64,000 nt of DNA from an uncultured Candidatus Saccharibacteria bacterium (GCA_964633425.1 CAZWFX010000006.1:4955-68954), one strand, 5' to 3'; positions 52,760-62,255 are shown, numbered from the stretch's first letter. Notes: generated by a model not told the origin, from the letters alone. Made by a program: numbers and translations.

Positions 52760-54708
52760 ACGATACCGGGAGCGACCGCAGGCTCTGCCGGCGAAGCCGG
52801 AGCCGGTGTTCCGCCGGTTTTCGGGAGCGCGGCTGCGGCGAGTGTTGCGGCTGCCTGCTGTGTCGCTTCGCGCTGTTCGTTGATCTGTGCGTCGGTCGAG
52901 TTTTGGAGGTCCTGTTTTGCCTTCTTGATGGCGAGAATCTGTGACGGGTCCGATGTGATGATCTGGTCTTCCGTATACGACGCGATAACCTTGATCGCGA
53001 CGTGCTTCAGTCCGGCAAAGAAGATTCCCTCACCCACATCCGATTCAAGCAGGAGGTATTTCTCTTCGTCAGAGAGCTTGAAGGTCTGCTGGACGAGGTC
53101 AACGGACGTCGGTGACTGTCGCAGGAGCATCTGGATCGATGAGTTTGTGATCATCGGTACACCGTAGGGTGAGTTCAAGAAGTCGGATACGTCCTGTGTG
53201 ATCGTCGAGATGCCGAGGAAGTATTTTCGTCCGCGCTTTGCGATCGAGAAGAGGAAGGATGCAGTGTCCTCGGATCGCATCATCCACCAGGCCTCGTCGA
53301 TGATGAGAAGTCGTTTGCGGAGCTCCTTTCGCACCGTGTTCCAAATGTGGTGCGTAATGATGTACATCGCCACCGGCTTGAGGTCGTCTTCCATGTCTCG
53401 GACTGAAAACACGACCAGTTTCTTGTTCATGTCGACGTTGGTCGGACGATTCATGAATCCGGACCATGTGCCCTTGGTGTACTTGGAGAGTCGCTGCACA
53501 AGCGACTCAGATCCGTCCATGCCGGAGAGCACGAGTTCGAAGTCGGAAAGGAGCGGCGGTTCGACGGCTGCAAAGTTCGCGTCCGCGGTAATGTCCTTCA
53601 GTGCGTAGGTCTCCGTAATGGCGCGGTCGATAACGGCATCCTCTTCAGGGGTCAGGCCGCCGAGCATGATGCGGAAGAGTCCGACGAGCGTGATGATGTT
53701 ATTACGAAGGACGTCCGACGGCGACTCGTCTTCGCGCGGAATCGGCAGGTCGAACGGGTTAATGTGGTGCTCCGACGAGAGCGAGATATTGAAGTATCGC
53801 CCGCCGACCGTTTCCGCGAGGTATTCGTACTCGCGTTCAGGGTCGATGACGATCACTTCAGTGTCGAACATGAGCGAGCGAAGAATCTCCAGCTTGGTGG
53901 TGTAGGACTTACCGGCACCGGATTTCGCGAAGGTAACGGAGTTGTAGTTCTCGAGCGAGAAACGGTCGAACAGAATGAGGGACGAGTTGTGGCGGTTGAT
54001 GCCGTAGAGAATGCCTCGATCCGAGGTTAGGTCGAATGAGATGAACGGAAAGATCGATGAGAGCGGAGCGGAGTTGAGCTTTGTGTGTACATCGAGCTCA
54101 TCGGTCGCGATCGGAAGAACAGATCGGAAGCCCTGCTCCTGCTGAAAGAGGGCCGGACGGATGTACACGAGTCGTGATTCAAGGACGGATCGGATTTCGC
54201 TTTCGGTCTTGTCGACTTGTTCACGCGTAGCGCCGTAGATTGTGAGGTACAAGCCGACGTCGAATATCTTTTCCTGAGCCTGCTGCAAAGAGTCGCGCAG
54301 CTGTTCGAGGTCGGAGTACGCGGTGTCGAGCATCGGGTCGCGCACCATCCCTTTCTCTTCGCGTGTCGAGATCTGGCTTTGTACTTCGGCCACTTTTTTC
54401 TGGAACTTTCGGAGCATTTCGTTGGTATCCATCGGGTGGATGAAGATCGAAATATCGAGCACCTTGTCCATGTTGATGATCGGCGCGAACCAGCCTGTTG
54501 TGAGGAATCGCGGGTACGAGATCACGAAGAAGGTTCGTGCAATCTTTTCCCCGAGGTCGAGCTCGTGCGACGAAATCTTGAGGGCGTGCGGTGCGATGAC
54601 ATCCTGGAGATCAAGTACGCCCGTCTGATAAATTTCCTCCGGCAGAACCGGGAGCACATTCGGCCCCTGCTCCTGCTTTTTTCCCAATAGTGAGTCGAAA
54701 AGTCCCAT
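52756..54708 (-). CDS. virB4: VirB4/TraC/TrbE-family type IV secretion ATPase
   Basis: FAKSGAGKSYTTK Walker A, LLIIDEAWWMM Walker B, and N-terminal VirB4 membrane-associated domain. ATG 54708 (track 54879). Confidence 0.85.
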   Translation of the reverse strand: MGLFDSLLGKKQEQGPNVLPVLPEEIYQTGVLDLQDVIAPHALKISSHELDLGEKIARTFFVISYPRFLTTGWFAPIINMDKVLDISIFIHPMDTNEMLRKFQKKVAEVQSQISTREEKGMVRDPMLDTAYSDLEQLRDSLQQAQEKIFDVGLYLTIYGATREQVDKTESEIRSVLESRLVYIRPALFQQEQGFRSVLPIATDELDVHTKLNSAPLSSIFPFISFDLTSDRGILYGINRHNSSLILFDRFSLENYNSVTFAKSGAGKSYTTKLEILRSLMFDTEVIVIDPEREYEYLAETVGGRYFNISLSSEHHINPFDLPIPREDESPSDVLRNNIITLVGLFRIMLGGLTPEEDAVIDRAITETYALKDITADANFAAVEPPLLSDFELVLSGMDGSESLVQRLSKYTKGTWSGFMNRPTNVDMNKKLVVFSVRDMEDDLKPVAMYIITHHIWNTVRKELRKRLLIIDEAWWMMRSEDTASFLFSIAKRGRKYFLGISTITQDVSDFLNSPYGVPMITNSSIQMLLRQSPTSVDLVQQTFKLSDEEKYLLLESDVGEGIFFAGLKHVAIKVIASYTEDQIITSDPSQILAIKKAKQDLQNSTDAQINEQREATQQAAATLAAAALPKTGGTPAPASPAEPAVAPGIV

Positions 54709-54709
54709 A

Positions 54710-55369
54710 TTATTGCTGTTCGAGCGACATCGGCTTAGAGTCCTCGCCCGGATTGAACATCTTGTACAACAGTTCGATCGCCTCTTCGGTACCGAGCTGC
54801 ACCGTGCGTACACCTGTTCGCACGAGTCCCTGCTGCACAATTGAGATGCGCTGCTCGAGCTGCGTAGCCTGCTCTTCAAAGGTACGGTTCTCTTCCGCAG
54901 CGTCAGTTTTCTTCTTCCCGAACGGGAAGATCGAGCCTCCGGAGCTTGTCTGAATAACAGCCGGCGTATACGGCACTACGATGAAGAAGTTCTTAGTCAT
55001 GATGTTGGCCGCCTCAGTGAAGCTTTTGATGAACTCGATGTATTCGCGGATCTGAATCCGCATCAGGTCATCGAGCTGGCCTTTATAGGCCTCTTCGAGT
55101 GTTGCGATGTAGGGGCGAATGTCGAGTTGTCGGGACTGCACGAAGATCTGGCATGAAAAGTCGAGTGAGTTCAGGAAGTTCTGAAATTGCACGATGAAGG
55201 CGGTCTGTTCGTCCTCGGACTTCAGTGCAAAGTTGATCGACGATGCGAGCAGGATCGCGCGCAGACCGTTGTCTTTCATGACCACGATACCGTCGCGCAC
55301 CTCCTTGATCGGCACGAACTCCTGTGTCGACTTGTTCTCGCTGCGCGTACTGTTCTGGGTCTGCGGCAT
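54710..55369 (-). CDS. stand-alone VirB4 N-terminal-domain-like protein
   Basis: FVPIKEVRDGIVVMKDNGLRAILLASSINFALKSEDEQTAFIVQFQNFLNSLDFSCQIFVQS parallels the N-terminus of Gram-positive-type VirB4 and of the adjacent virB4. Confidence 0.55.
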   Translation of the reverse strand: MPQTQNSTRSENKSTQEFVPIKEVRDGIVVMKDNGLRAILLASSINFALKSEDEQTAFIVQFQNFLNSLDFSCQIFVQSRQLDIRPYIATLEEAYKGQLDDLMRIQIREYIEFIKSFTEAANIMTKNFFIVVPYTPAVIQTSSGGSIFPFGKKKTDAAEENRTFEEQATQLEQRISIVQQGLVRTGVRTVQLGTEEAIELLYKMFNPGEDSKPMSLEQQ

Positions 55370-55371
55370 AG

Positions 55372-55878
55372 TTATTGTGTGAGTGCTTTCAGGGCTTCAC
55401 GAGGTGTACGGATGCCGCGTGCCATGTCTTCGCTTCGTACAGCATCGCGGTCACGCTCGTTACCTGTTCCGGCGGCGATACGCTCCTTGATGTCGAGACT
55501 CCAGGCCAGTTCGTGGAGTCTGCTGTCGTTGAGTCTCGGCACGTAGAGGTTCTCCTGCGGCATGAGTGGGTTCTTTTTTGCTTCAGCGATACGTTTTTTT
55601 GTCTTGTTGTTCCACAAGTAGAGCTTGGAGTGGATGAGATAGAAGAATGCGGTTTCAAGCGCGACCATGAAAGGGCGGCCGTTGTACTGCATGAACGCGA
55701 GCGCAACCGAGAAACCGACTACCATCATCGCGATCGGTGCCGCTATAAACGACGGGAGTAGTCGCCACACAAGGTATGCGAGACCTAATCCGCCCGCCAT
55801 GTAGACGAACTGTTTGAATGTGAACGGTCCGAAGATTTTATCTTCGACCTCAATGAATTGAGGTACCTGAAACTGCAT
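55372..55878 (-). CDS. PrgI/VirB3-like membrane protein
   Basis: MQFQVPQFIEVEDKIFGPFTFKQFVYMAGG followed by 2 TM, the PrgI-family pattern. Confidence 0.6.
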   Translation of the reverse strand: MQFQVPQFIEVEDKIFGPFTFKQFVYMAGGLGLAYLVWRLLPSFIAAPIAMMVVGFSVALAFMQYNGRPFMVALETAFFYLIHSKLYLWNNKTKKRIAEAKKNPLMPQENLYVPRLNDSRLHELAWSLDIKERIAAGTGNERDRDAVRSEDMARGIRTPREALKALTQ

Positions 55879-55886
55879 GCAGTATT

Positions 55887-55896
55887 AGTATACCCC
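55887..55896 (-). promoter_or_regulatory. GGGGTATACT promoter-like 10-mer, 8 nt upstream of ATG 55878
   Basis: Plus strand reads AGTATACCCC. Confidence 0.5.
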
Positions 55897-55951
55897 GCGT
55901 CGAACGCTGCCCGCTGCGCTTTTCACAGTCGTAACCGTGATGCGCGCGTAA

Positions 55952-56539
55952 TTACGACAGTTGTTCGCGGTACGGATCACCCTCGATACTTTTTCGTTCG
56001 TGACTTGCGCTCGCGCTGTATGTTTGCGGTATCTGGGCGCGCACTGCTTTTTCTTCCGGTGCGGGCGCCGGGGGTGTTGCAGGGACGACAGCCGGCGTGG
56101 GCGGCTCGACTGGTATGCCGACTTCGGGTGTATCCCCCGACGAGCCCTCTGCGTGGAGTGTTTCAGCTCGCAGAGTGTCGACGTCTGATATTGCCTGCTG
56201 CACTGCCGTCGGGTGACTGAGCGAGCGTTCCATTTCGCCGCGGATCGGCTTGAATACGATGTCTGAGACGCTCTGAGAAAGTTCGGTTGCGACCTCTGCC
56301 GTCACGTTGAGGTCTTTTTCGAGCCGGGTCGGCAACTCTGCGACCGGCTGGAAGCCAAGGAGCGTCAGCATTACGTTATTCTCGAGCACCTGCCACTGAT
56401 CAACGTGAAGTTTGTGACCTTCCGCGAGGTCGCGCATATGCTTTTGAACGTCTGCAGACGTTATTGCATCCTGGACGACCTTCGGGAGGGTTGCGAACCG
56501 CTCTGCAAACTGTGCCGACATGTCCTGTTCTGTGTCCAT
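55952..56539 (-). CDS. hypothetical cytoplasmic protein (195 aa)
   Basis: Helical N-terminal domain and P/A-rich tail. Embedded in the T4SS-like operon. Confidence 0.45.
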   Translation of the reverse strand: MDTEQDMSAQFAERFATLPKVVQDAITSADVQKHMRDLAEGHKLHVDQWQVLENNVMLTLLGFQPVAELPTRLEKDLNVTAEVATELSQSVSDIVFKPIRGEMERSLSHPTAVQQAISDVDTLRAETLHAEGSSGDTPEVGIPVEPPTPAVVPATPPAPAPEEKAVRAQIPQTYSASASHERKSIEGDPYREQLS

Positions 56540-56542
56540 ATA

Positions 56543-58861
56543 TTAGGTGGTTGTTCCGCTCGAGCCGCCGGATTTGAGCGAGGCCTGAATATCCTTAAAG
56601 ACGCTCGACGGTGAGTCTTTCTTCGTATACTTGGTGAACGACTTTTCGATGATGGCTTTGCCTACATCGCCTCCTTGCGCGTGGTGTGACGTTTCTTCTG
56701 CAAGGTGGCTGATACCGCTCTTGACCCCCTCCTCCGCCTTTTTGACGCGAGCCTCCAGCTTTTCTTTGATATCGCGCTGCATTTGCGACGAGACGGCATT
56801 TGCTTCCTTGCGCGCCTTGGTAACCAGGGTGTTCTTTTCGGCATGCGTTCGCTGTGCCGCTGCAAGTCGGGTCTGTGCATCGGTCTTCGGTCGGTCGATC
56901 TCGGCGTTGATGGTCGTAAGCTTCTGGTGTGCCTCCTTGATGCGCTGTGTTTCTTTGCCGAGCGCCTCCTGCTTCTCTGCGCGCGCTTTGACGAGTTCTT
57001 GCTGAGCCTTCTGGCGTTCTGCTGCTGCGAGCGTCTGATCGTTGGATCGGTGTTCGTGTTGTGCGATGACGCTGTCGTATCGCGTGTTGACGTCGCGCTG
57101 GTGTTCCTCGTGCGCCGCCTCCACTTCCTTGGTGACGGTCTCCACCTCGCCCTTCCGTGCATCGCGATTCGAATCTGCCTGTGCGCTTGCTGCGGCAAGT
57201 TCCTTCTCTGCCGTCTGCATGCTGTCGCGAGCGATCTCGAGTTCTTTCTCTGCTGCTTCCTTTGCCTTTGCCTTTGAGTCGGCTTCGTTGCCGTACTGCT
57301 TCGCAATTTCTTCTTCGGTCTCCTTCTTCATCTTTGCCTTGTCGTCGGCGGTCAGCGCCATCGCCTTTGCCTTTTCTTCGTTGTGTTCGGCGTGCGCATT
57401 CATGTTGCTAACAAAGCCACCCTTGGTCTCGCCCACGCCCTTGAGTCCGGCGCTGCCGGCGATCGCCTTGCCGAGTGCGGTGTTCATAAAGTTGTAGCTG
57501 CGGTCCGCCTTCTTCTCGAGTTCGGCCTTCTGCTTGCGGAGCTTATCGAATGCCGCCCAATCGCTCTTGAGGCCCGTTTCCATCGCCTTGCGCTTCGCCT
57601 TGTCGACGCCCTCGTTCATGTTCTGTGCACGACGCGCATTGTTCCAGCCGAGGGTTCGCTGACCGAGGCCCGCACCGAGGAGTGCTCCGCCGATCAGCGG
57701 GAGCCCGGCGGCCATTTGTCCCGCACGTACACCGCTGATCGATCCGGCGAGCGAGCTTGAGAGGCGGAATGATGCAAACAGCATGCCGGTGCCGATGATG
57801 TAGAGGAACAGAACACGCCACCCGTCGGCGAGTACCTGCTGCTGCGGCGCGTTCAAAAGTGCACCGAACGTATCGTTGCCGGTTACACGCAGCGACGCTT
57901 CCTGCATCACGAGGATCGAGATAGAGAGGAACACCATCAAAAGAGGTGCAAACGCTGCGTTGTTGATGAGTGACTTCCACCACGCGGTCCACCCGAAACG
58001 GCTCGCTTCGAAGTGCGGAGAGAGGTAGGTAGCGTACGCGATGGGTGCGGTAAGCATGAGGATGAAAAACCAGATCGCGCGCGCGATGATGAGAAATGCC
58101 CCGTAGAGGATCACGAGCGCGAGCGCTGAAAGAATGAAGAAGCCGAACAGTCCGAACAGGAAGGCTTTCATTGCTCCCCCGTCGGTCTGCTGTGCGACGC
58201 GAAGTGCAAGTGCGGATGTATCCCATACACCGGTTACGTGCAGTGGTGAGAGAATCTTGTCTGCGATCGAGAACTGAGGCACCGCGCCGCCGTTCGGTAC
58301 ACGGGCTGTTTGTGAGTAGATCGAGTACGCCATGAAGTTCGAGGCGTCGATAACAATCTTTGTGAACAAGAGACTGAAGTTCATCAAAACGGCGATCACG
58401 AGCACGCGAGCGATCATGCGCTTTTGGCCGTATTCCTTAAGACCGAGGATGAGACTGATCGCGATGAATACAAAGATGCCGATCATCAGTATGTTCGCGA
58501 TATCGCGGAAGAACGTCCATCCGCTGTTGATGATCGGGACCAACGACATCGAATCAAGCGTGTTCTTGAAGTCCATGATGGCGCGGTTCACGCCGAAATC
58601 GAATATCGATCCGGCGAATCGCAAAATACCTCCGCCCATCGAGAGCATTGCGGAACTCGCCCAGAGTGTGACGGGGACTGCAACGCAGCGCGCGAACTGG
58701 AAGTTGTACCAGCAGCCGCTGGGGTTCTGCAGGGCCTGACTTGCGTCTTTCGTGCCCCCTGCTGCGGCTTGCGCGAGCGCACTCTGAGGGATCAGGGTGA
58801 ACGCGAGCGTCACGATGATTGTGAGGAGTGCGATTGTCCAGGTTGTACGAGAGAGAGTCAT
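56543..58861 (-). CDS. VirB6/TrbL-like polytopic membrane protein with ~330-aa charged coiled-coil C-terminus
   Basis: Signal/TM then at least 7 TM segments. K/E/A-rich C-terminal tail. ATG 58861 (track 58918). Confidence 0.6.
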   Translation of the reverse strand: MTLSRTTWTIALLTIIVTLAFTLIPQSALAQAAAGGTKDASQALQNPSGCWYNFQFARCVAVPVTLWASSAMLSMGGGILRFAGSIFDFGVNRAIMDFKNTLDSMSLVPIINSGWTFFRDIANILMIGIFVFIAISLILGLKEYGQKRMIARVLVIAVLMNFSLLFTKIVIDASNFMAYSIYSQTARVPNGGAVPQFSIADKILSPLHVTGVWDTSALALRVAQQTDGGAMKAFLFGLFGFFILSALALVILYGAFLIIARAIWFFILMLTAPIAYATYLSPHFEASRFGWTAWWKSLINNAAFAPLLMVFLSISILVMQEASLRVTGNDTFGALLNAPQQQVLADGWRVLFLYIIGTGMLFASFRLSSSLAGSISGVRAGQMAAGLPLIGGALLGAGLGQRTLGWNNARRAQNMNEGVDKAKRKAMETGLKSDWAAFDKLRKQKAELEKKADRSYNFMNTALGKAIAGSAGLKGVGETKGGFVSNMNAHAEHNEEKAKAMALTADDKAKMKKETEEEIAKQYGNEADSKAKAKEAAEKELEIARDSMQTAEKELAAASAQADSNRDARKGEVETVTKEVEAAHEEHQRDVNTRYDSVIAQHEHRSNDQTLAAAERQKAQQELVKARAEKQEALGKETQRIKEAHQKLTTINAEIDRPKTDAQTRLAAAQRTHAEKNTLVTKARKEANAVSSQMQRDIKEKLEARVKKAEEGVKSGISHLAEETSHHAQGGDVGKAIIEKSFTKYTKKDSPSSVFKDIQASLKSGGSSGTTT

Positions 58862-58872
58862 ACAGGTGGTCG

Positions 58873-60462
58873 TTATAGTGCTTGCGGGCACGCCGCTCCG
58901 GACCAACATGCGGTCCATTCTTCTTTTACTGCCGGCGCCGCCGTCTCAGAGAGATTGCACCAACCCTTCACCGGGTCAGGGTCCTCTTTCCATTTCTTGA
59001 CCGCATTCTCGACGATTTTGGGCAGCATCTGCCTGAATGACTCGTACGTCGTGCTTTCGTTCGAGGCGCTGTGGAGCGTGATCGCGTTCAGTGCCGCCTG
59101 GGCGATCGTTTGCTGAGCGGCGGTCGGGTTTGCGATCAGGGCGTCGCGGACCAGCGTGATGGCTGTGATATTTGTATCGGCCGGACCGAGCTTCTGGGTT
59201 GTTGCGAGTGCGCTTGCACGGAAATTGTCTTCGATGACCTTCTGCGAGAACTTCGTTTCTTTGATGAACGTAAGCGTACCGCCGGCAGTCGCTGTGCACG
59301 ACGTCTCATTAATGGTGCCCGCCTGGCAAACCGCGTTCGCGATATCGGTGTAGCACTGGGCTTCCTGCGTTCGTAGCTCGGTGCTGTTCGTGCTGAAAAG
59401 CGCGATCGTGTCAGTGATTACCTTTTTATAGGCGGTTTCCTGCGCGATCGCGTTTCGCAGGAGATCGAGTGTAAAGTTGCCCGTCTGTGTGACAAGCGAG
59501 CCTCCAGCGGATTGTTTGACCTGCTCCATGTACGAAAGTGCGCCGCTGATCGCCTGGGTGATGGCTGAGAGTCCGCCCGTGCTTCCTGCTGTGCCGCCGG
59601 ATCCGCTGCCGAGTGTACCGCCGGTAAGCACCTGATTCGAGATACCGGCGTACAATCCTTCGGTCATCTCACCAATGTCGTCGGCTTCGCGTGCCTGAAC
59701 GTACCCGGACTGCACCGACTGAATACCGTTTGCGAGCACGATGGCGCCCGGCGTATCGGTCACATGGAAACCGTCTTCGTCGTAATGGAATACGTCGGTT
59801 ATACCCTGCCCCCAGTTGAGCCGTTCATGTTGTTTGTATAGCTCGTACGCGCTCTGCTGCTCAATGGCGTTGTATGCGAGTACCGATGCGGAAAACACAC
59901 TGCATGCCGGATTATCAGTGACTGCATCGAACGCATCCCAGTAGTTACCGCTCGGCGTGCCGCTGTAGACCTGGTTGAGGTCGCCTGTATATTTACATTC
60001 AAATCCGAGACGAGGGTCGCGGGCATAGTTATATGCCTGACCGATCCAGTTCTTTACCTTACCCTCGATCGTATCGTTGAAGTTCGAGAGCGAATCGTTG
60101 CGGAGGTATCGGTTGACGGTGCGGTCATTTAAAAACACATCTTCCTTACCCATTTCTCGCGACGGGTAACTGTTGAACTGTTTCAAAACTTCTGTGTCGA
60201 GTGCCGCAAGAGCTGCCTTGCGCTTCGCGGTTACGATCTCGCGCAGGACACATTCTTTATAGACAAGAAGCCCCGTGTTCAATTCAACCGCATAGTCGGC
60301 TACCGGAACGTACGGACCGCCGAGCGGTCGAGTGGATCCTGCACCAGTCGTCGCCTGTCCGCTTGTATTGCAGTTGTAAATATCGTCCGGTCCTGCGAGC
60401 GCAACAATCGGAGTGGCTCCGACGCAAAACGCGATGACCGCTAAGAGGATCGACTTTTTCAT
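58873..60462 (-). CDS. secreted protein (529 aa), no recognised domain
   Basis: Signal peptide MKKSILLAVIAFCVGATPIVALA. ATGA overlap with the upstream gene. Confidence 0.5.
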   Translation of the reverse strand: MKKSILLAVIAFCVGATPIVALAGPDDIYNCNTSGQATTGAGSTRPLGGPYVPVADYAVELNTGLLVYKECVLREIVTAKRKAALAALDTEVLKQFNSYPSREMGKEDVFLNDRTVNRYLRNDSLSNFNDTIEGKVKNWIGQAYNYARDPRLGFECKYTGDLNQVYSGTPSGNYWDAFDAVTDNPACSVFSASVLAYNAIEQQSAYELYKQHERLNWGQGITDVFHYDEDGFHVTDTPGAIVLANGIQSVQSGYVQAREADDIGEMTEGLYAGISNQVLTGGTLGSGSGGTAGSTGGLSAITQAISGALSYMEQVKQSAGGSLVTQTGNFTLDLLRNAIAQETAYKKVITDTIALFSTNSTELRTQEAQCYTDIANAVCQAGTINETSCTATAGGTLTFIKETKFSQKVIEDNFRASALATTQKLGPADTNITAITLVRDALIANPTAAQQTIAQAALNAITLHSASNESTTYESFRQMLPKIVENAVKKWKEDPDPVKGWCNLSETAAPAVKEEWTACWSGAACPQAL

Positions 60463-61304
60463 AGGGATTTTCGTGCGAACAATGATCGCATGCGGTCGAA
60501 GGAATCATAAATGCCCTGCTCTTTCTCGTTGTAGGTGCGCAAGAGTGCGACAGATGCATACGGGTCGTCGCCGTGGCTCACGAGTCCGTCGAGTACGGCA
60601 GCGAATGCGCGGAGAGAATTCAGCAGCTCCCGGTGATAGTTGATCGCGTCCTGCGGAACACGGATCTGTGCCCCCGCATCGGCCGATGCTCGGTACGCGG
60701 CAGCTGCGTCGGTCAGTTGTGTCAGGTATTTGGGATCACTCGTTTCGACGTAGTGGCCGTAGATCACATATTCGGCGCTCGGAATGCTTGAGAGCGGCTT
60801 GAGAGCCTCCTGTAACTGGTCGCGGTATACGCGCACTCGCTCGGCCGAGGAGTCCGGATCTATCGTGAAGTCGCTGTTCTCGAACGCGTCGTACGCGACC
60901 GCTGCTTTCATGCGCTCGGCGATACGTGCCGCAGCTTGGCGCAGGTCTTCTTTTGTGTAGTCCTGTCCGCTATCAAGAATGCGTGCGTACGTACCCAACA
61001 TCTCGCCCGCAATCATCGGTCCGATCAGCGACAAATGATCGTTGGTCGTCGTTGCATCGAGATCTGTCGAATCAGACATACCGAGGAGAACCATTGACTG
61101 CTGATCGAACGAATCGAGGGGTACCGGCGTGGTATCTGACGGTGTTGTAGCGTCTACAGCTGCGACTACCGCAGGTTCCGCCGGAGCCGGTCGCAGGGCA
61201 AGTGTTATACGGACAACCGAAACGCTCAGCAGCAGCGCAATCGACAAGAGTGCAGTCACTGCAATAGGAGAAAAGCCGCCGAATACCGCGCGTAATTTCT
61301 GCAC
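60459..61304 (-). CDS. bitopic membrane protein (short cytoplasmic N-terminus, 1 TM, ~230-aa external helical domain)
   Basis: Start proposed at GTG 61304, 6 nt after GGGGTATACT. The track start GTG 61349 is the alternative. Confidence 0.45.
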   Translation of the reverse strand: MQKLRAVFGGFSPIAVTALLSIALLLSVSVVRITLALRPAPAEPAVVAAVDATTPSDTTPVPLDSFDQQSMVLLGMSDSTDLDATTTNDHLSLIGPMIAGEMLGTYARILDSGQDYTKEDLRQAAARIAERMKAAVAYDAFENSDFTIDPDSSAERVRVYRDQLQEALKPLSSIPSAEYVIYGHYVETSDPKYLTQLTDAAAAYRASADAGAQIRVPQDAINYHRELLNSLRAFAAVLDGLVSHGDDPYASVALLRTYNEKEQGIYDSFDRMRSLFARKSL

Positions 61305-61310
61305 ACTAAA

Positions 61311-61320
61311 AGTATACCCC
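61311..61320 (-). promoter_or_regulatory. GGGGTATACT promoter-like 10-mer
   Basis: Plus strand reads AGTATACCCC. Confidence 0.45.
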
Positions 61321-61369
61321 AGTGAAACGGCGGCGCGTGGCTCAAACACGGGAAAAAATGGGATAGCAA

Positions 61370-62239
61370 TCAGTTTCTGCGGAAGCTGAACGCAGAACCG
61401 GCATCGGTCTCGTCGAACGTGACGTCGTGTGTAGAAAACAGATTCACCATGCCGACAAAAGCGAGGGTGAACGCGTCGGCCTTGTTGTTGTATGAGGTAA
61501 TAGCGCCGATGAACGCCTGGTCATCGCTTGCCCGCGGGACTGCAGCGAGTGCTGTTCCGAGGTTTACATATGAGTCCCCGAGCGCTTTATGGGCTGCTTC
61601 GGCGCTCACGGGTACATCGTGAAAGCTCAGGATACCCTCTCCGAGCGCTTTGTACCGGTTTCCGAGTTCGATAACGGCGTCCGCATAGGTTTTATTGTCA
61701 CGGTGGGTCGCTTGATTGACGACCGTTTGAGACATATTCGGGTTAACGGCCGCGAAAGCCTGTACCCTGCGACCGATTTCATTTCCATAGGCGAACAAGA
61801 GCTCCTGTTCCGGGGTGCGGGCGGGTGCGGCGGTCGCCTGCCTGCTCGGAACGAACGTGAACGCGCCGATTAGCTCTTCGTAGGTCTTTGCGGTCTGCGG
61901 ATGAGTGGGGGCCTCATCGTGTGCGAGTCGGGCAAGCAGTGCGTTGTAGTCAAATGACTCGTCACCTGGCTTTTCTATGATTTTTGCGGTCACGCCCGTG
62001 GACGGTTTCGGGATGACGAGCTTCTCGGGCGCAGGTTCCGAGGCGGTCTCCGGAATCTCATGCTCGGGCACTGTGGCTTCGGTGGTCGGTGTCGGTTCGA
62101 TGTATCCGTTCACTGTGTCCCATGAAGAATTGCTGCCGGTGGGGGCAACAGCTCGCTGGCGTTCGACGAAATACAGGCCTGCGAGGACGAGCACGAGCGC
62201 AGCAACGAGTGTAAGGAGGACCGGATGCCTCAAATTCAT
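61370..62239 (-). CDS. bitopic membrane protein, probable paralogue of 60459..61304
   Basis: MNLRHPVLLTLVAALVLVLAGLYF. ATG 62239 lies 6 nt after TATACT (track GTG 62245). Confidence 0.45.
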   Translation of the reverse strand: MNLRHPVLLTLVAALVLVLAGLYFVERQRAVAPTGSNSSWDTVNGYIEPTPTTEATVPEHEIPETASEPAPEKLVIPKPSTGVTAKIIEKPGDESFDYNALLARLAHDEAPTHPQTAKTYEELIGAFTFVPSRQATAAPARTPEQELLFAYGNEIGRRVQAFAAVNPNMSQTVVNQATHRDNKTYADAVIELGNRYKALGEGILSFHDVPVSAEAAHKALGDSYVNLGTALAAVPRASDDQAFIGAITSYNNKADAFTLAFVGMVNLFSTHDVTFDETDAGSAFSFRRN

Positions 62240-62245
62240 GATCAC

Positions 62246-62255
62246 AGTATACCCC
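62246..62255 (-). promoter_or_regulatory. GGGGTATACT promoter-like 10-mer at the head of the T4SS-like operon
   Basis: Plus strand reads AGTATACCCC. Confidence 0.5.
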
